Shown piece after piece: positions 46,635 to 56,693 of a DNA stretch of 64,000 bases. Within the stretch, counting starts at the first letter, position 1. Each line of letters opens with the position of its first letter. Made by a program: the position numbers and the translations under genes. This stretch comes from Fibrobacterota bacterium. GTDB lineage: Bacteria > Fibrobacterota > Fibrobacteria > UBA11236. The DNA is taken from contig JAQBPN010000084.1 in the NCBI GenBank assembly GCA_028287505.1, positions 22,147 through 86,146 of the forward strand, given 5' to 3'. Under the pieces are notes generated by a model that was not told the origin of the DNA, ran no database searches, and saw nothing but the letters and a program-made list of their open reading frames with translations.

Positions 46635-49118
46635 TCAAGGCGGAGTAATTCGTTCCGCCCCAATCAGGGACAATTCGTTGATCTGCACGAATCCGGTGCC
46701 CGTAAGGCCCGTCACGGTAAAGCGGAATATTTTGAACGGCCGGGCCTTGTAGGCCTGCCTGGACCATGCATCCGCCGCCGCTTGCGGAACCGAGGCCAGT
46801 TCCATGAAGCTTCCGGACTTTCCGTCCATATCCGCCTGGGTGTCGGCGCCCGCCAGGCTCCAGGAATACCGGCCGGTGCCCAAGGACCCGGATAGGGCCG
46901 CGCCCGCGCCCATGGTCCAGACGGGCTTGTCGAAGGCGAAGGTAACCGAAAGGGGCCGGGAGGGAAAGACGCCCAGGCGCATCTGCTCGCGCACCTGGTA
47001 CCCGTTCAAAGCCTGCTTGAACAGTTTGATTTCCCGGATGCCGCCCGCATAGGTGCTCCATTCGGGATGGTTGCCGATGGTGACCGGCCGGTCGGTGATC
47101 TTCATCGGTCCCGTTACGGAAAGTTCATTGATCAATTCCCCATTGATGAAGATCCGCAATAGGGCTCCGTCATAGGTGCCGGTTACATGGGTCCACTCCC
47201 CGATTACGGCCGGGGCCGTAACCACGTAGGAATGTCCGTCGGGGGTGCCGTCCTCGATGACGATGCCGAAATTATATTGCCCGTCCACGATCTCCAGGGC
47301 GAAGGAGGTGGGCCAGTACAGCCTTCCCACCAGGGTGCGCCGGAATACCGTGCTATCGGGCTTGACCAGGGCCGTCACCGTCATGGACTCGCGGAAATCC
47401 AGATCGGGGGCGGGCTTCGCCGTCACTGTATCGTCGTTGCTGAATTGCGCCCAGGCGCCGGCGCTGTCGCTTTTGCAGACCAGGGAACCTTGCACCAATC
47501 CGTCATGGCCGTTTCCGGACAGGTCGGGTATGGAGGCCTTGCCGCAATCCTTGAAGTCCCAATCGGCTACGGGCTTGGGAATCAGGTCCGGATTGGAGGA
47601 CTTGAATTCGATGAGGCCGGGCAGCAGGGTGTCCCCGTCGTACAATCCTCCCGGGAAGCGGGCTACGCCCGGGCTTACGGCATTATGGGACGTGTAGGCT
47701 TTGGTGAAATCCACGGCGACGGGAGCATAAGCGGTGTCGTCGTCCTGGATGGAAAGGACGGCGCGCACGGGGTCGGCCAGGACGGCGCCATTGCCGGGAG
47801 AGTGCAGCACGGCCGCGAAACTTTCCGTCCCTTCCGCGCGATCGTCTTTCACCAGCAGGGCGTGCAGGGGCTGCAGGGTGTCTCCGGCGGCGAAGACCAG
47901 CTCGCCGCTCAGGGGCAGGTAATCCGAGTCCCGCACGGCGGTGGAATCCCGGAGATTCCATTTGACGGAAACGGGCCGGTCCGCGGGCCCGAGCCTGCGG
48001 ACCATGGCCACCACGGCGGCGTCGCTTTCCCGGGCGGAGAATTGCGCGCGGGTGAATTGGAACCGGATGGGAGATGCCGAGGGCGGAACATGCACCGGCG
48101 TAATCACGGCGGCCGCGCTGCGGTTGCCTTCCGCGTCCACGGCCGCCAGGCGATAAGTGCAGGCGAAGTCCGCGGTGTCGGGAACGGTCCGGTAAAGGGT
48201 GTCCCGGAAGACGGTGTCGCGGATGAGGATATCCGTAAGCGGGGTCTCGATCACGTTGGGGACGGACTCGATGGGTTTGCGGAACAGGATGTAACCGGCC
48301 ACGTCGGGCACTTCCGCCGGGTCCCAGGCCAGGACGGCGATGCGTTTGCCCTCGTCCACGGCGATGCGGAAGCCTTTGGGGGCGGGAGGCGGCCCGGCCG
48401 GATTGAGGACCAGAACCACCGTGTCCGGAAGGGGAGCGATGCTTCCGGAGACGACCTGGATGGGGCCCAGTTTGCGGGCCACGTATTCCGCGTTGTCGAA
48501 CTCCACCGTGTAGGAGCCTTCGGGAATGTTCAGCAGGGTGCAGCGTCCGCTTTCATCGGTAAAGGCCACGTAGGAAAGGCCGGGTATGTGGCAGGTGACG
48601 TTCTCCAGGGGTTTGCGGCCGGATCCGGGGCCAGAGCCGGCGCCCGCGGCGACCACGGCCGTGATGCCGCCCACGCGGCGCAGGTCCAGGTCCGCCGCCT
48701 GGGTGATGGACAGGGCCGTGACCTTTACGGAGGGCAGGTAGCCCACCCATTTCCCGCCCTGGCCCGGATTGGAATAGAAGCCGAGGATGCCGTAGTCGCC
48801 GGCGGCGAGTCCGGTAAAGCGGTATCGCCCGCGCGCATCCGCCAGGGTGGCCCGGAACCGGACGGTGTCCCGCAAGGTATCCGGGTTCTGCAGCACCCGG
48901 AGCAGAACGGCGCTGTCCGGCCGCGCGGCCGGGTCCCGCCGGAATGCATATACTTCCGCGCCCGCGGCGGAAGCGGCATCGTCCCGGGACAAGCCTCCCT
49001 GGATGCCCTGCATGCCCGTCTCGGTGCCGCTTTCCGTGCCCTGCATGCAGGCGAGCGGGACGAACAGGAGCAGGAACGCGATGGGGAAAAGGGGGAGGAC
49101 GGTTCGCAGGAGTTTCAC
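46635..49118 (-). CDS. Giant secreted multidomain protein: 2x CarboxypepD_reg-like, FN3, Calx-beta, LamG, C-terminal discoidin-like
   Basis: Modules include YRFTGLAAGDYGILGF and CTLLNIPEGSYTVEF (CarbopepD_reg), FRIAVDEGKRIAVLAWDP (FN3), DDRAEGTESFAAVL (Calx-beta) and WTHVTGTYDGALLRIFINGE (LamG). Likely GTG start at 49118, overlapping the upstream stop (GTGA). Confidence 0.6.
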   Translation of the reverse strand: MKLLRTVLPLFPIAFLLLFVPLACMQGTESGTETGMQGIQGGLSRDDAASAAGAEVYAFRRDPAARPDSAVLLRVLQNPDTLRDTVRFRATLADARGRYRFTGLAAGDYGILGFYSNPGQGGKWVGYLPSVKVTALSITQAADLDLRRVGGITAVVAAGAGSGPGSGRKPLENVTCHIPGLSYVAFTDESGRCTLLNIPEGSYTVEFDNAEYVARKLGPIQVVSGSIAPLPDTVVLVLNPAGPPPAPKGFRIAVDEGKRIAVLAWDPAEVPDVAGYILFRKPIESVPNVIETPLTDILIRDTVFRDTLYRTVPDTADFACTYRLAAVDAEGNRSAAAVITPVHVPPSASPIRFQFTRAQFSARESDAAVVAMVRRLGPADRPVSVKWNLRDSTAVRDSDYLPLSGELVFAAGDTLQPLHALLVKDDRAEGTESFAAVLHSPGNGAVLADPVRAVLSIQDDDTAYAPVAVDFTKAYTSHNAVSPGVARFPGGLYDGDTLLPGLIEFKSSNPDLIPKPVADWDFKDCGKASIPDLSGNGHDGLVQGSLVCKSDSAGAWAQFSNDDTVTAKPAPDLDFRESMTVTALVKPDSTVFRRTLVGRLYWPTSFALEIVDGQYNFGIVIEDGTPDGHSYVVTAPAVIGEWTHVTGTYDGALLRIFINGELINELSVTGPMKITDRPVTIGNHPEWSTYAGGIREIKLFKQALNGYQVREQMRLGVFPSRPLSVTFAFDKPVWTMGAGAALSGSLGTGRYSWSLAGADTQADMDGKSGSFMELASVPQAAADAWSRQAYKARPFKIFRFTVTGLTGTGFVQINELSLIGAERITPP

Positions 49119-49969
49119 GGCCGGGTCCTCGCCTGGGGAAACAATTGGATGTTCAATTGGCACAGGCGGTCCGCGGGCTTCTCGTCCTTATGCACCAGGG
49201 ACCGCACTTCCGACAGGAACTTCTGCAGCTTCTTTTCGATCTTGACGTAGATGTCCGAGGAGACGCTCAAGGTCCGCGTGACGAAGGTTTTGGGTTGCAG
49301 GTCGGGATCGTAGAGGGCGGGCAGCCCCAGCTCGATGCATTTGGCCTGATAGCGTTTGACGAGGGCGTCGTTGGCGTCCGATTTCGAGAACAGGATCTTT
49401 TCGCCCGGCTTCCAGAACCCGCGCTTGTCCTGCCTGATGAAATTCAGCCGCTTCAACAGCTCCATGGAAGCCTTCACCTGGGGCACGGTGACGGGAGGAT
49501 AGAGCGCCTTGGCGATCTTCTCGTGTTCGTCCGAGATGTCGGCGATATCCAGGTAGGCGCGGATGGCGCTGGTATACCATTCCCGGTAATATTCATAGGC
49601 GCTCCTGTCCACCAGCATCCAGGGCGTGCGGTTCAAGGCGATGAGCTGATCCAGGTAGAACTCCCTTTCGTCCTTGACCACGGTCTGGTTGTACAGGACC
49701 AGGAATCGGAAATACTGGGCCTCGTCCCCGTCCAGGCCGAAAATGGGGATCAGCAATTCCATCTTGGCCTTGGAAAGCTGCTTCTTGCCCGCGATGATGT
49801 CGGAAAAGAAACTGCGGCTGTTGGGCAGGCCCATCTGGCGGCAGATGGAGGTCTTGGTGAACCTGTCGTCGCTGCCGGCGCGCCATTCGTAGGCTTCCGC
49901 CAGGAAGCGCTTGAAGTCCACGAAGCTGAAGATGTTGACGGGCGCCGGGGCGCCATGCGATTTTTCCAT
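49115..49969 (-). CDS. TIGR02147-family ('Fibrobacter paralogous family') putative HTH regulator
   Basis: NIFSFVDFKRFLAEAYEWRAG...SICRQMGLPNSRSFFSDIIAGKKQLSKAKMELLIPIFGLDGDEAQYFRFLVLYNQ matches the family consensus. Start at MEKSHG (49969). Confidence 0.6.
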   Translation of the reverse strand: MEKSHGAPAPVNIFSFVDFKRFLAEAYEWRAGSDDRFTKTSICRQMGLPNSRSFFSDIIAGKKQLSKAKMELLIPIFGLDGDEAQYFRFLVLYNQTVVKDEREFYLDQLIALNRTPWMLVDRSAYEYYREWYTSAIRAYLDIADISDEHEKIAKALYPPVTVPQVKASMELLKRLNFIRQDKRGFWKPGEKILFSKSDANDALVKRYQAKCIELGLPALYDPDLQPKTFVTRTLSVSSDIYVKIEKKLQKFLSEVRSLVHKDEKPADRLCQLNIQLFPQARTRP

Positions 49970-50182
49970 ACCGGGCCAAAAAATAATACCCATCCCGGGA
50001 GACACCCGTGCATTTCTTGGAGAACATGAAAGTGGGAGAATGCAGGAAAAATGGGTCCTGAAATGCCGCCGGGGACGCGAGTCACCCATTTCCAGGGAGA
50101 ACAAGGCGAACATCCCGTTTAGGTTATATTTTTGCGAGGATTGATTGCGGATCTCCATTCACTACGCGAGCGGGCCCGTTCC

Positions 50183-50671
50183 ATGCTGACCATTTACATC
50201 GACGCGGATGCCTGTCCGGTCAAGGACGAGACCTACTCCGTGGCCAAGCGCCATCTGCTTCCCGTGGTGGTGGTGGCCAATTCGCCCATGCGCATGCCCC
50301 TGGAAAACACCATCCGGCTGCAGGTGGTCTCGGACGGATTCGACGCGGCGGACGATTGGATCGTGGAGCAGGCGGGGCCCGGGGACATCGTCATCACCGC
50401 CGACATCCTGTTGGCCGATCGATGCCTGAAGAAGGGCGCATTCGTGCTGGGGAATACCGGGCGGCCCTTCACCGAAGAGAATATCGGCGATGCCGTGGCT
50501 TCCCGGGAGCTGGCCACCGAGATGCGGGAGATGGGGATGATGCGCGGAGGGCCCGCGCCCTTCCAGAAAAAGGACCGCTCCGAGTTCCTGATGCAGTTGG
50601 ACCGCGCCATCCATGCGCTCAAGCGCCGCCACAAGCCCGGTACCCCTCCGTTGCTTCCCCCGGGAACCTGA
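50183..50671 (+). CDS. yaiI: YaiI/YqgV (UPF0178, DUF188) family protein
   Basis: [17 protein letters not shown]-terminus is diagnostic. Confidence 0.7.
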   Translation: MLTIYIDADACPVKDETYSVAKRHLLPVVVVANSPMRMPLENTIRLQVVSDGFDAADDWIVEQAGPGDIVITADILLADRCLKKGAFVLGNTGRPFTEENIGDAVASRELATEMREMGMMRGGPAPFQKKDRSEFLMQLDRAIHALKRRHKPGTPPLLPPGT

Positions 50672-50673
50672 TC

Positions 50674-51159
50674 ATGGAAGGCATGAGCATTTTCCAAGCC
50701 GATCTCGACGATACCGGACACCAATCGGCCATTCTGGAACTGGTGGACATGTATGCCCGCGAGCCCATGGGCGGAGGCCGGCCGCTTCCCGATTCCGTCC
50801 GCGCCGGCATGATCCCGGGATTGCGCGCCCATCCCACCACGGTGGTTTTTCTGGCCCGCGTCGGGGACGTCCCGGTCGGCGTCGCCGTGTGCTTCGGTGG
50901 CTTTTCGACTTTCGCCGCCAAGCCGCTCCTCAACATCCACGATCTGGCGGTGCGCCCGGAGTTCCGCGGCCGGGGAATCGGCCGGGGATTGATGGAGGCG
51001 GCGGAAGCGCATGCCCGGGCCATGGGCTGCTGCAAGCTGACCCTGGAAGTGCTGGAGACCAATGCCCTGGCGCGGAAGGCATATCATGCCTTCGGATTCA
51101 ATCCCCTGTCGTATACGGGGGACACGGGGAGTTGCCTGTTTTACGCCAAGCCGCTTTGA
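50674..51159 (+). CDS. GNAT-family N-acetyltransferase
   Basis: IHDLAVRPEFRGRGIGRGLMEAAE is acetyl-CoA-binding motif A (RGxGxG). Starts 3 nt after the yaiI stop. Confidence 0.7.
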   Translation: MEGMSIFQADLDDTGHQSAILELVDMYAREPMGGGRPLPDSVRAGMIPGLRAHPTTVVFLARVGDVPVGVAVCFGGFSTFAAKPLLNIHDLAVRPEFRGRGIGRGLMEAAEAHARAMGCCKLTLEVLETNALARKAYHAFGFNPLSYTGDTGSCLFYAKPL

Positions 51160-51322
51160 CCCCGGGTTTCCGCGAAAACAGGGTCAATTCGGCCCCGCGG
51201 GTGCCGGGATTCGGGAGTCGGAACCCTCCCGCCCGCGTATGTTTACAACGGCCGCATCGCTTTCCTCCCGGGAAGCGGTAGAATTGGACTATGCGGAACG
51301 AATGTGGAAGGACGAGGACGCG

Positions 51323-52813
51323 ATGATGACAAGGACGGTTTTTTCTTCGCTCGGCATGGCCTTGTGGCTGGCCGCAATCCCGGCCCTGGCCCAGGTGAAT
51401 CTTACCGGCAAAGTGGTGGGCTCGGACGGCAAGGGCATTCCCGGCGTGCAGGTAAGGCTGAAAAGCCTGAAGCTCACCGCTCTGACCGATGCGGACGGCG
51501 CCTATAGGCTGGACGGTAATTCCGGAATCCTGAGCCGATCCCAGGGAAACGCGCCTGTTACTCCCGCCTTCCGCCGGGGCCGGCTGGAATTCGGGGTCGC
51601 CGCGGACCGGGCCGATGTCCGCATCCAGGCTTTCGATCTGGCGGGGAAACCGGTGCGCTCCTTGGTGGATGCCCGCCTGGAAAAGGGAAGCTACCGGATC
51701 GATCCGTTCCCGGCCGGCTCGGAAGCGGGCCTCGCATTCCTCCGGGTCCGCATCGGATCGGAGAGCCATACCCTGAAACTGATCGGCGGCGGAGCCCTCG
51801 CCTCCGGGGCGGTTTCCGCGCAAGCGTCGGCCGGGTCCGCGCGCGCGGCGGCGAAGACCGCGGCCGCCGGATCCTACGACACCCTGCTGGTGAGCAAGGA
51901 CGGGTATTCCCCGGATTACAAGCGCATCAATTCCCTGGCTGGCGTCTATGATTTCTTCCTCGTCAGGCCGGCGGCGTTCTGGGGGGATCCCGCAAGTTAC
52001 CCCGCGGCCAAGAACGTGATGACCTACGTATTCCTCAATCGGACTAATGGCAAGTACGCGGACGACCAGGTCTTCTGGACCCTGACCGGCAAAGGGATCG
52101 CCACCCAGAACGGCAACCTGAAGGATCAACCCACCCTGGACGTGGCCGCCCACAGCGCGGGACGGGTGACCTTCCACCTGGGCACTCCCACCGGGGAGTA
52201 CTGGGATTTCATGGAACAGACCCTCGATGCCACGGGATGGCACGGCAACACCACCCGGGTGGACGGTTTCACCCTTCCCGTGGCCATGCGGCTTATCTGC
52301 GGGGACGGGCACGACGAACTTCTCGGAGAGAAGTACGAGGTCTTCTATCTGGGCCGGGACAAGTTTTTCGCGAAGTACAAGGCCTCGGTCCCGGTGGAAT
52401 TCCAGTCCACCATCGACAGCGTGGGCGGCAAGCGGATTGTCGCGCCCGGCAAGGGCGAAAAGGCCTTCGGCCCCAAGGACAAGTATGCGGATTATTTCAA
52501 CACCTATTTCACGCAGCTGGGGCTGGCCGGGGCGGTGACCCAGGATGCATTCGCCTGCGCCGGTCCCGTGTTCGGGCAGAACGCCCAATTATGCGGCGCC
52601 GTCAACCGGCACACGGCCCATCTGGCCAAGAGCGAATGGGGCAAGCCGGAGAACTTCTACCAGCAGGCGCCCGCGAACTATTACGCCAGGTTCTTCCATG
52701 AATACAGTTTCCAGGAAAAAGCCTATGGCTTCGCGTACGACGATGCCGCCGGGATGGCCGCCTATTCGGAATGCGCCAAACCCAAGACTCTCATCATCGC
52801 CATCGGTTTCTGA
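51323..52813 (+). CDS. Secreted CarboxypepD_reg-domain protein with a GH64-like (beta-1,3-glucanase/thaumatin-like) C-terminal domain
   Basis: Signal peptide MMTRTVFSSLGMALWLAAIPALAQ. VNLTGKVVGSDGKGIPGVQVRL...DADGAYRL is CarbopepD_reg. C-terminal ...AYGFAYDDAAGMAAYSEC is GH64-like. Confidence 0.45.
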   Translation: MMTRTVFSSLGMALWLAAIPALAQVNLTGKVVGSDGKGIPGVQVRLKSLKLTALTDADGAYRLDGNSGILSRSQGNAPVTPAFRRGRLEFGVAADRADVRIQAFDLAGKPVRSLVDARLEKGSYRIDPFPAGSEAGLAFLRVRIGSESHTLKLIGGGALASGAVSAQASAGSARAAAKTAAAGSYDTLLVSKDGYSPDYKRINSLAGVYDFFLVRPAAFWGDPASYPAAKNVMTYVFLNRTNGKYADDQVFWTLTGKGIATQNGNLKDQPTLDVAAHSAGRVTFHLGTPTGEYWDFMEQTLDATGWHGNTTRVDGFTLPVAMRLICGDGHDELLGEKYEVFYLGRDKFFAKYKASVPVEFQSTIDSVGGKRIVAPGKGEKAFGPKDKYADYFNTYFTQLGLAGAVTQDAFACAGPVFGQNAQLCGAVNRHTAHLAKSEWGKPENFYQQAPANYYARFFHEYSFQEKAYGFAYDDAAGMAAYSECAKPKTLIIAIGF

Positions 52814-52922
52814 AACCGGCGGAATCGTCCCTCCAATCCGCTTGAATCAACCCCTCAGGAACGTAATTTCGAGGTAGGGTTCCCGCGCCGGGAGCCCCTT
52901 CGAAACCGGACGGGGCCATGCC

Positions 52923-54596
52923 ATGATCTCCCTAAGCCCGAATCATCTCAAGCGCTATAAAGACATCGCCTCTCTGCTCATCAAGTACGGGCATTCCGAT
53001 CTTGTCAGGAAGATGAAGAGCGATTTCCCGGACATGGGGGACGCGGTCAACGAGTCCAGTGAGACCCAAGGCCGTCCCGGGGAATTCGCCCATGACCTGG
53101 AAAAGCTCGGCCCCACCTATATCAAGCTGGGGCAGCTCCTGAGCACCCAGACTTCCTGGATGCCGGAAGCCTATATCCTGGCCTTGGAAGAGCTGCAGGA
53201 TCGCGTGGAGCCTTTCCCTTTCGAAGAGGTGGATCGGGCCATCGCAGCCGAACTGAGCGCGCCCATCAAGAAGATCTTCCACGCGTTCGACGCGGAACCG
53301 CTCGCGGCGGCATCCCTCTCCCAGGTCCACAGGGCGGTCACGCATGACGGACAGGACGTGGTCGTGAAGGTGCAGCGGCCGGGCGTGCGGCAGACGGTGG
53401 TGCAGGATCTGGAGGTGCTGGACGAGGTGGCCGGGTTCATGGAGCGGCATACCCGGGCGGGCCGCCATTACCGCTTCCGGGAGCAATTAGGGGAACTCCG
53501 CAACGCCCTGCTCCGGGAGCTCGACTACAAGCAGGAAGCCCGGAACATGACCCTGATGCGCGAGAACCTGAGGGAGTTCAAAAATCTGATCGTCCCCGCC
53601 CCGCTGGAAAGCTATTCCTCCGACCGCGTGCTGACCATGGAATACCTGGCCGGGCGCAAGATCACCACGCTTTCGCCCCTGGCCCGCCTGGACGTGAAGG
53701 GCGCGCCCTTGGCGGAGGAGCTGTACCGCGCCTTCATCAAGCAGATCCTCATCGACGGCCTGGTGCACGTGGATCCGCATCCCGGCAACGTGTATCTCAC
53801 CGGGGACAATCGCCTGGTGCTCCTGGATTTCGGGATGGTCGGATACATACCGCCCCAGATGCAGAGCCAGCTCACCAAGATGCTCGTGGCGGTGAGCGAC
53901 GGGCGCGGAGAGGATGCCGCCGAGATCGCGTTGCGCCTGGGGCGGCGCGAAGACGGTTTCGATCCCCTGAAATGGCGGGATCTGACCGCGGGCATGGTGG
54001 CGGAATTCCAGAACCTGAAAGTCTCGGACATCACGGTCGGGCGCCTGTTCCTGAACATCGCCGCCATTTCGGAAAGCGCCGGAGTCTCTCCGCCTCCCCA
54101 GTTCATCACCTTGGGTAAGACGCTCTTGAAGCTCGATCGCGTGGCCAAAAGCCTGTCGCCGGATTTCAATCCCAACGTAACCGTCAAACGTTACGCTTCG
54201 GAACTGCTTCAGGAAAAGATGCGCAAGACCCTGAGCCTGGGCAAGCTCTACAATACGGCGCTGGAGGCCAATGAGTTCGTCCAGCAGTTGCCGGCCAAGC
54301 TGAACGCCATTCTGGACATGGCGGTGAACAACGACCTGCGCGTGCGCGTCGAAGGCCACGGCGAGGACAAGCTGATCGGCGGACTGCAGAAAATAGCCAA
54401 TCGCATCACCATGGGTCTGGTGCTGGCGGCCCTGATCATCGGAGCCGCGCTGCTGATGCGGGTGGATACGCCGTTCAAGATATTGGGATACCCGGGTTTG
54501 GCGGTGCTGTTGTTCCTGGGGGCCTGCGTCGGCGGTATACTGCAGATTTTCAGCATCATCAATACCGACGATACCTCGCGTCCAGGTCCCGCTTAG
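52923..54596 (+). CDS. ABC1/UbiB-family atypical protein kinase with C-terminal TM helices
   Basis: AAASLSQVH, VVVKVQRPG, HVDPHPGNV and LLDFGM motifs; C-terminal TM pair. Confidence 0.75.
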   Translation: MISLSPNHLKRYKDIASLLIKYGHSDLVRKMKSDFPDMGDAVNESSETQGRPGEFAHDLEKLGPTYIKLGQLLSTQTSWMPEAYILALEELQDRVEPFPFEEVDRAIAAELSAPIKKIFHAFDAEPLAAASLSQVHRAVTHDGQDVVVKVQRPGVRQTVVQDLEVLDEVAGFMERHTRAGRHYRFREQLGELRNALLRELDYKQEARNMTLMRENLREFKNLIVPAPLESYSSDRVLTMEYLAGRKITTLSPLARLDVKGAPLAEELYRAFIKQILIDGLVHVDPHPGNVYLTGDNRLVLLDFGMVGYIPPQMQSQLTKMLVAVSDGRGEDAAEIALRLGRREDGFDPLKWRDLTAGMVAEFQNLKVSDITVGRLFLNIAAISESAGVSPPPQFITLGKTLLKLDRVAKSLSPDFNPNVTVKRYASELLQEKMRKTLSLGKLYNTALEANEFVQQLPAKLNAILDMAVNNDLRVRVEGHGEDKLIGGLQKIANRITMGLVLAALIIGAALLMRVDTPFKILGYPGLAVLLFLGACVGGILQIFSIINTDDTSRPGPA

Positions 54597-54649
54597 GAGC
54601 GGTCGGTCCGGCCTGGGACTGCCCGGTCCTCAGGACCGTCCGGTTCCGC

Positions 54650-56002
54650 TTATTCGGCGCTGCCCAATCTGCGCGGCGTCACGGCGGGGCATTCCCAGCC
54701 CGAATGGAAAACCTTGGCCTGGTCCGCTCCGAACAAGGGGGCGTGATAGTACACGGTCACTCCCGCCTCCGCCCCGCCGGATCCGAACGAAGGGTTTTCG
54801 GAGCAATCGTGATAGACATCGGGCGCCGGGGGCCCGGCAGGCTTCGCCCCCCGTTTTCCCGCCGGCGGTTCGATCCTCCATGCCTCTTTGCGGGCTTCCA
54901 GATAAGCCGCCGCCTTGTCCGTGTCGTATAAAGAGAGTGTAATGGCCGTGACGGTATTCTCACGCAGCCGCGCGAAGGATTCCAGGGCGATGGTCCTGCC
55001 CCACGCTTCCGCGTGCGCGGTTTCGAACGGGATGGGATTCTCCCGGGCCAGGCGCGCGAATGCGCGGGTGTCCAGGTACGACAGATGCAGTTCCCCCGGG
55101 GAGGCCAGCAGATAGGAGGCATACGGGGCGATGGCGCGCGTGGCCGCAGGGGTGCCGCCATGGCACGCGGACAGAACGATGAGGGAGAAGGGCTTGGCAT
55201 GGGGACAAGCGGGCCCTCCGAACCGCTCCAGACCGCGGGCGAAGGAAGCCACGGAAAAGGCCATGTCCGGCCGGGAGCGGGAGTAGGGTATCCCGCCGGT
55301 TACCGGAATCTCGTGTCCGAAATAGATGAAGAAACGGACCGGCCCGCGCCTGCCCCCCGGGGCCGCCGCCGCAAGCGAGGTGTCGAAGGTATCGATCATC
55401 GCCAAACCGCTGTCCGTGCGGGGCGGGCAAATCCCGGGGACGGGATAGGCCGAATATTTCAGGTACAGGGCCGCCTCCGCTCCCAGATCATCCTCCCGGG
55501 TGGAGCGGTCATAAGGCACGGTACGCACCAGCTTCCCTTTCCGGTAATGCCGCATGACCCCATCGGAACCCCGGAAGAACCACAGAAAGGGAGTGGGTTT
55601 TTGATGGAAGATGAAGACTTCCGCGCCCGGCGCGCCGCGCGCGACCTCCACGGCCTGGGCCACCGCCTCGGTATCGGCCAGATGGCGATCGCCATTCCGA
55701 TCGTAGTACGTATAGCCCGCGTCCCCGTGGACCACGTAGATGATTTGGAAGCGGATGCCCTGGGTGTCCCCGGCGGGGCTGGGGACCCGGATACCCATGC
55801 CGTCGGTCCCGGAATCCGGATCGCGGACCGGAGGGGCTGCCGGGGGGGGCGCCGGATCGGCGGCGGTATCGGATCCGGGGTATCTGGGGTAACCGCCGGG
55901 TTGCGGCGCGGAGGACGAGCAGGCGCAGAGCAGAACAAGGCAAAAGGCCCCCAGGGCCCAGGGAACGGCGCGGATGGAAGGCCGGATCCGGAGCCGCATC
56001 AT
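54650..56002 (-). CDS. Lipoprotein with caspase-like (clostripain/C11-type) His-Cys dyad signature
   Basis: LVLLCACSSS lipobox; Pro-rich linker; FIYFGHE and LIVLSACHGG motifs. Confidence 0.35.
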   Translation of the reverse strand: MMRLRIRPSIRAVPWALGAFCLVLLCACSSSAPQPGGYPRYPGSDTAADPAPPPAAPPVRDPDSGTDGMGIRVPSPAGDTQGIRFQIIYVVHGDAGYTYYDRNGDRHLADTEAVAQAVEVARGAPGAEVFIFHQKPTPFLWFFRGSDGVMRHYRKGKLVRTVPYDRSTREDDLGAEAALYLKYSAYPVPGICPPRTDSGLAMIDTFDTSLAAAAPGGRRGPVRFFIYFGHEIPVTGGIPYSRSRPDMAFSVASFARGLERFGGPACPHAKPFSLIVLSACHGGTPAATRAIAPYASYLLASPGELHLSYLDTRAFARLARENPIPFETAHAEAWGRTIALESFARLRENTVTAITLSLYDTDKAAAYLEARKEAWRIEPPAGKRGAKPAGPPAPDVYHDCSENPSFGSGGAEAGVTVYYHAPLFGADQAKVFHSGWECPAVTPRRLGSAE

Positions 56003-56003
56003 T

Positions 56004-56459
56004 CTAACGGATCAGAAGGAGGAGAATCAGCAGGATGATGATGATGGCGCCGCCGCTGAGGTATATGCCGCCGCCCACGGGCGCCTGTTCCATCCCTTGT
56101 TGGATGTATCCGGCGAATCCGTCCAGATTGGCGTCCGCCACGGGGGCGAACCCGGGCATGCCCTTCAGTTCCGAGTCATAGGCGTAGAACTTCCCGAGCA
56201 CGGAATGCAGGGACGCCCGGTCCTGCTCGGAAATGGATTGCATGGCTTCCGCCTTCTCCAAGCCCTGGCTCATATGCGTGATGAAATGTTCCAGGATCTG
56301 GCGCTTGGCGGCGGGATCCGGCGTGTTACGCACTTCCTGGACCATATCGTTCAAGGCCGCCTTATAGCGCTCCTCGAGCATGGCGGATCCGGGACTGGCC
56401 TTTAGCGGGGCCGTAGCCGCGAAAATACCTAAGGCCACTACTTGTAAAAACCTGTTCAT
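56004..56459 (-). CDS. Small secreted protein with C-terminal Gly-Gly / hydrophobic helix / Arg tail (GlyGly-CTERM-like)
   Basis: Signal peptide MNRFLQVVALGIFAATAPLKA; ends ...PVGGGIYLSGGAIIIILLILLLLIR. Confidence 0.4.
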   Translation of the reverse strand: MNRFLQVVALGIFAATAPLKASPGSAMLEERYKAALNDMVQEVRNTPDPAAKRQILEHFITHMSQGLEKAEAMQSISEQDRASLHSVLGKFYAYDSELKGMPGFAPVADANLDGFAGYIQQGMEQAPVGGGIYLSGGAIIIILLILLLLIR

Positions 56460-56693
56460 GACGGTTCTCCCTGAGGAATTGGTTTCGAGTTGAATAAAGG
56501 CTCTGGGAAGGCCGGATGCAAGAAAACGTCGTCCATCATTACGGGGCACTGCGTTTTTTGCTGGGGAAAAGGGTTATGGGGCGTCCTTTTTCGCGGACGC
56601 CAAACGCCGATTAGATTGAAAAGGGAATCCAGATAGCATATGATTCACCATAATTTTACCGGAACCGGATCCAACCCCGAATAAAGGCCCGAT

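Noticed and set aside
47187-50029. 687-aa and 361-aa + strand ORFs antisense to the giant adhesin and TIGR02147 genes.
   Set aside because: Antisense, Gly/Arg/His-rich.
55013-56038. 341-aa + ORF antisense to the caspase-like lipoprotein.
   Set aside because: Antisense shadow.
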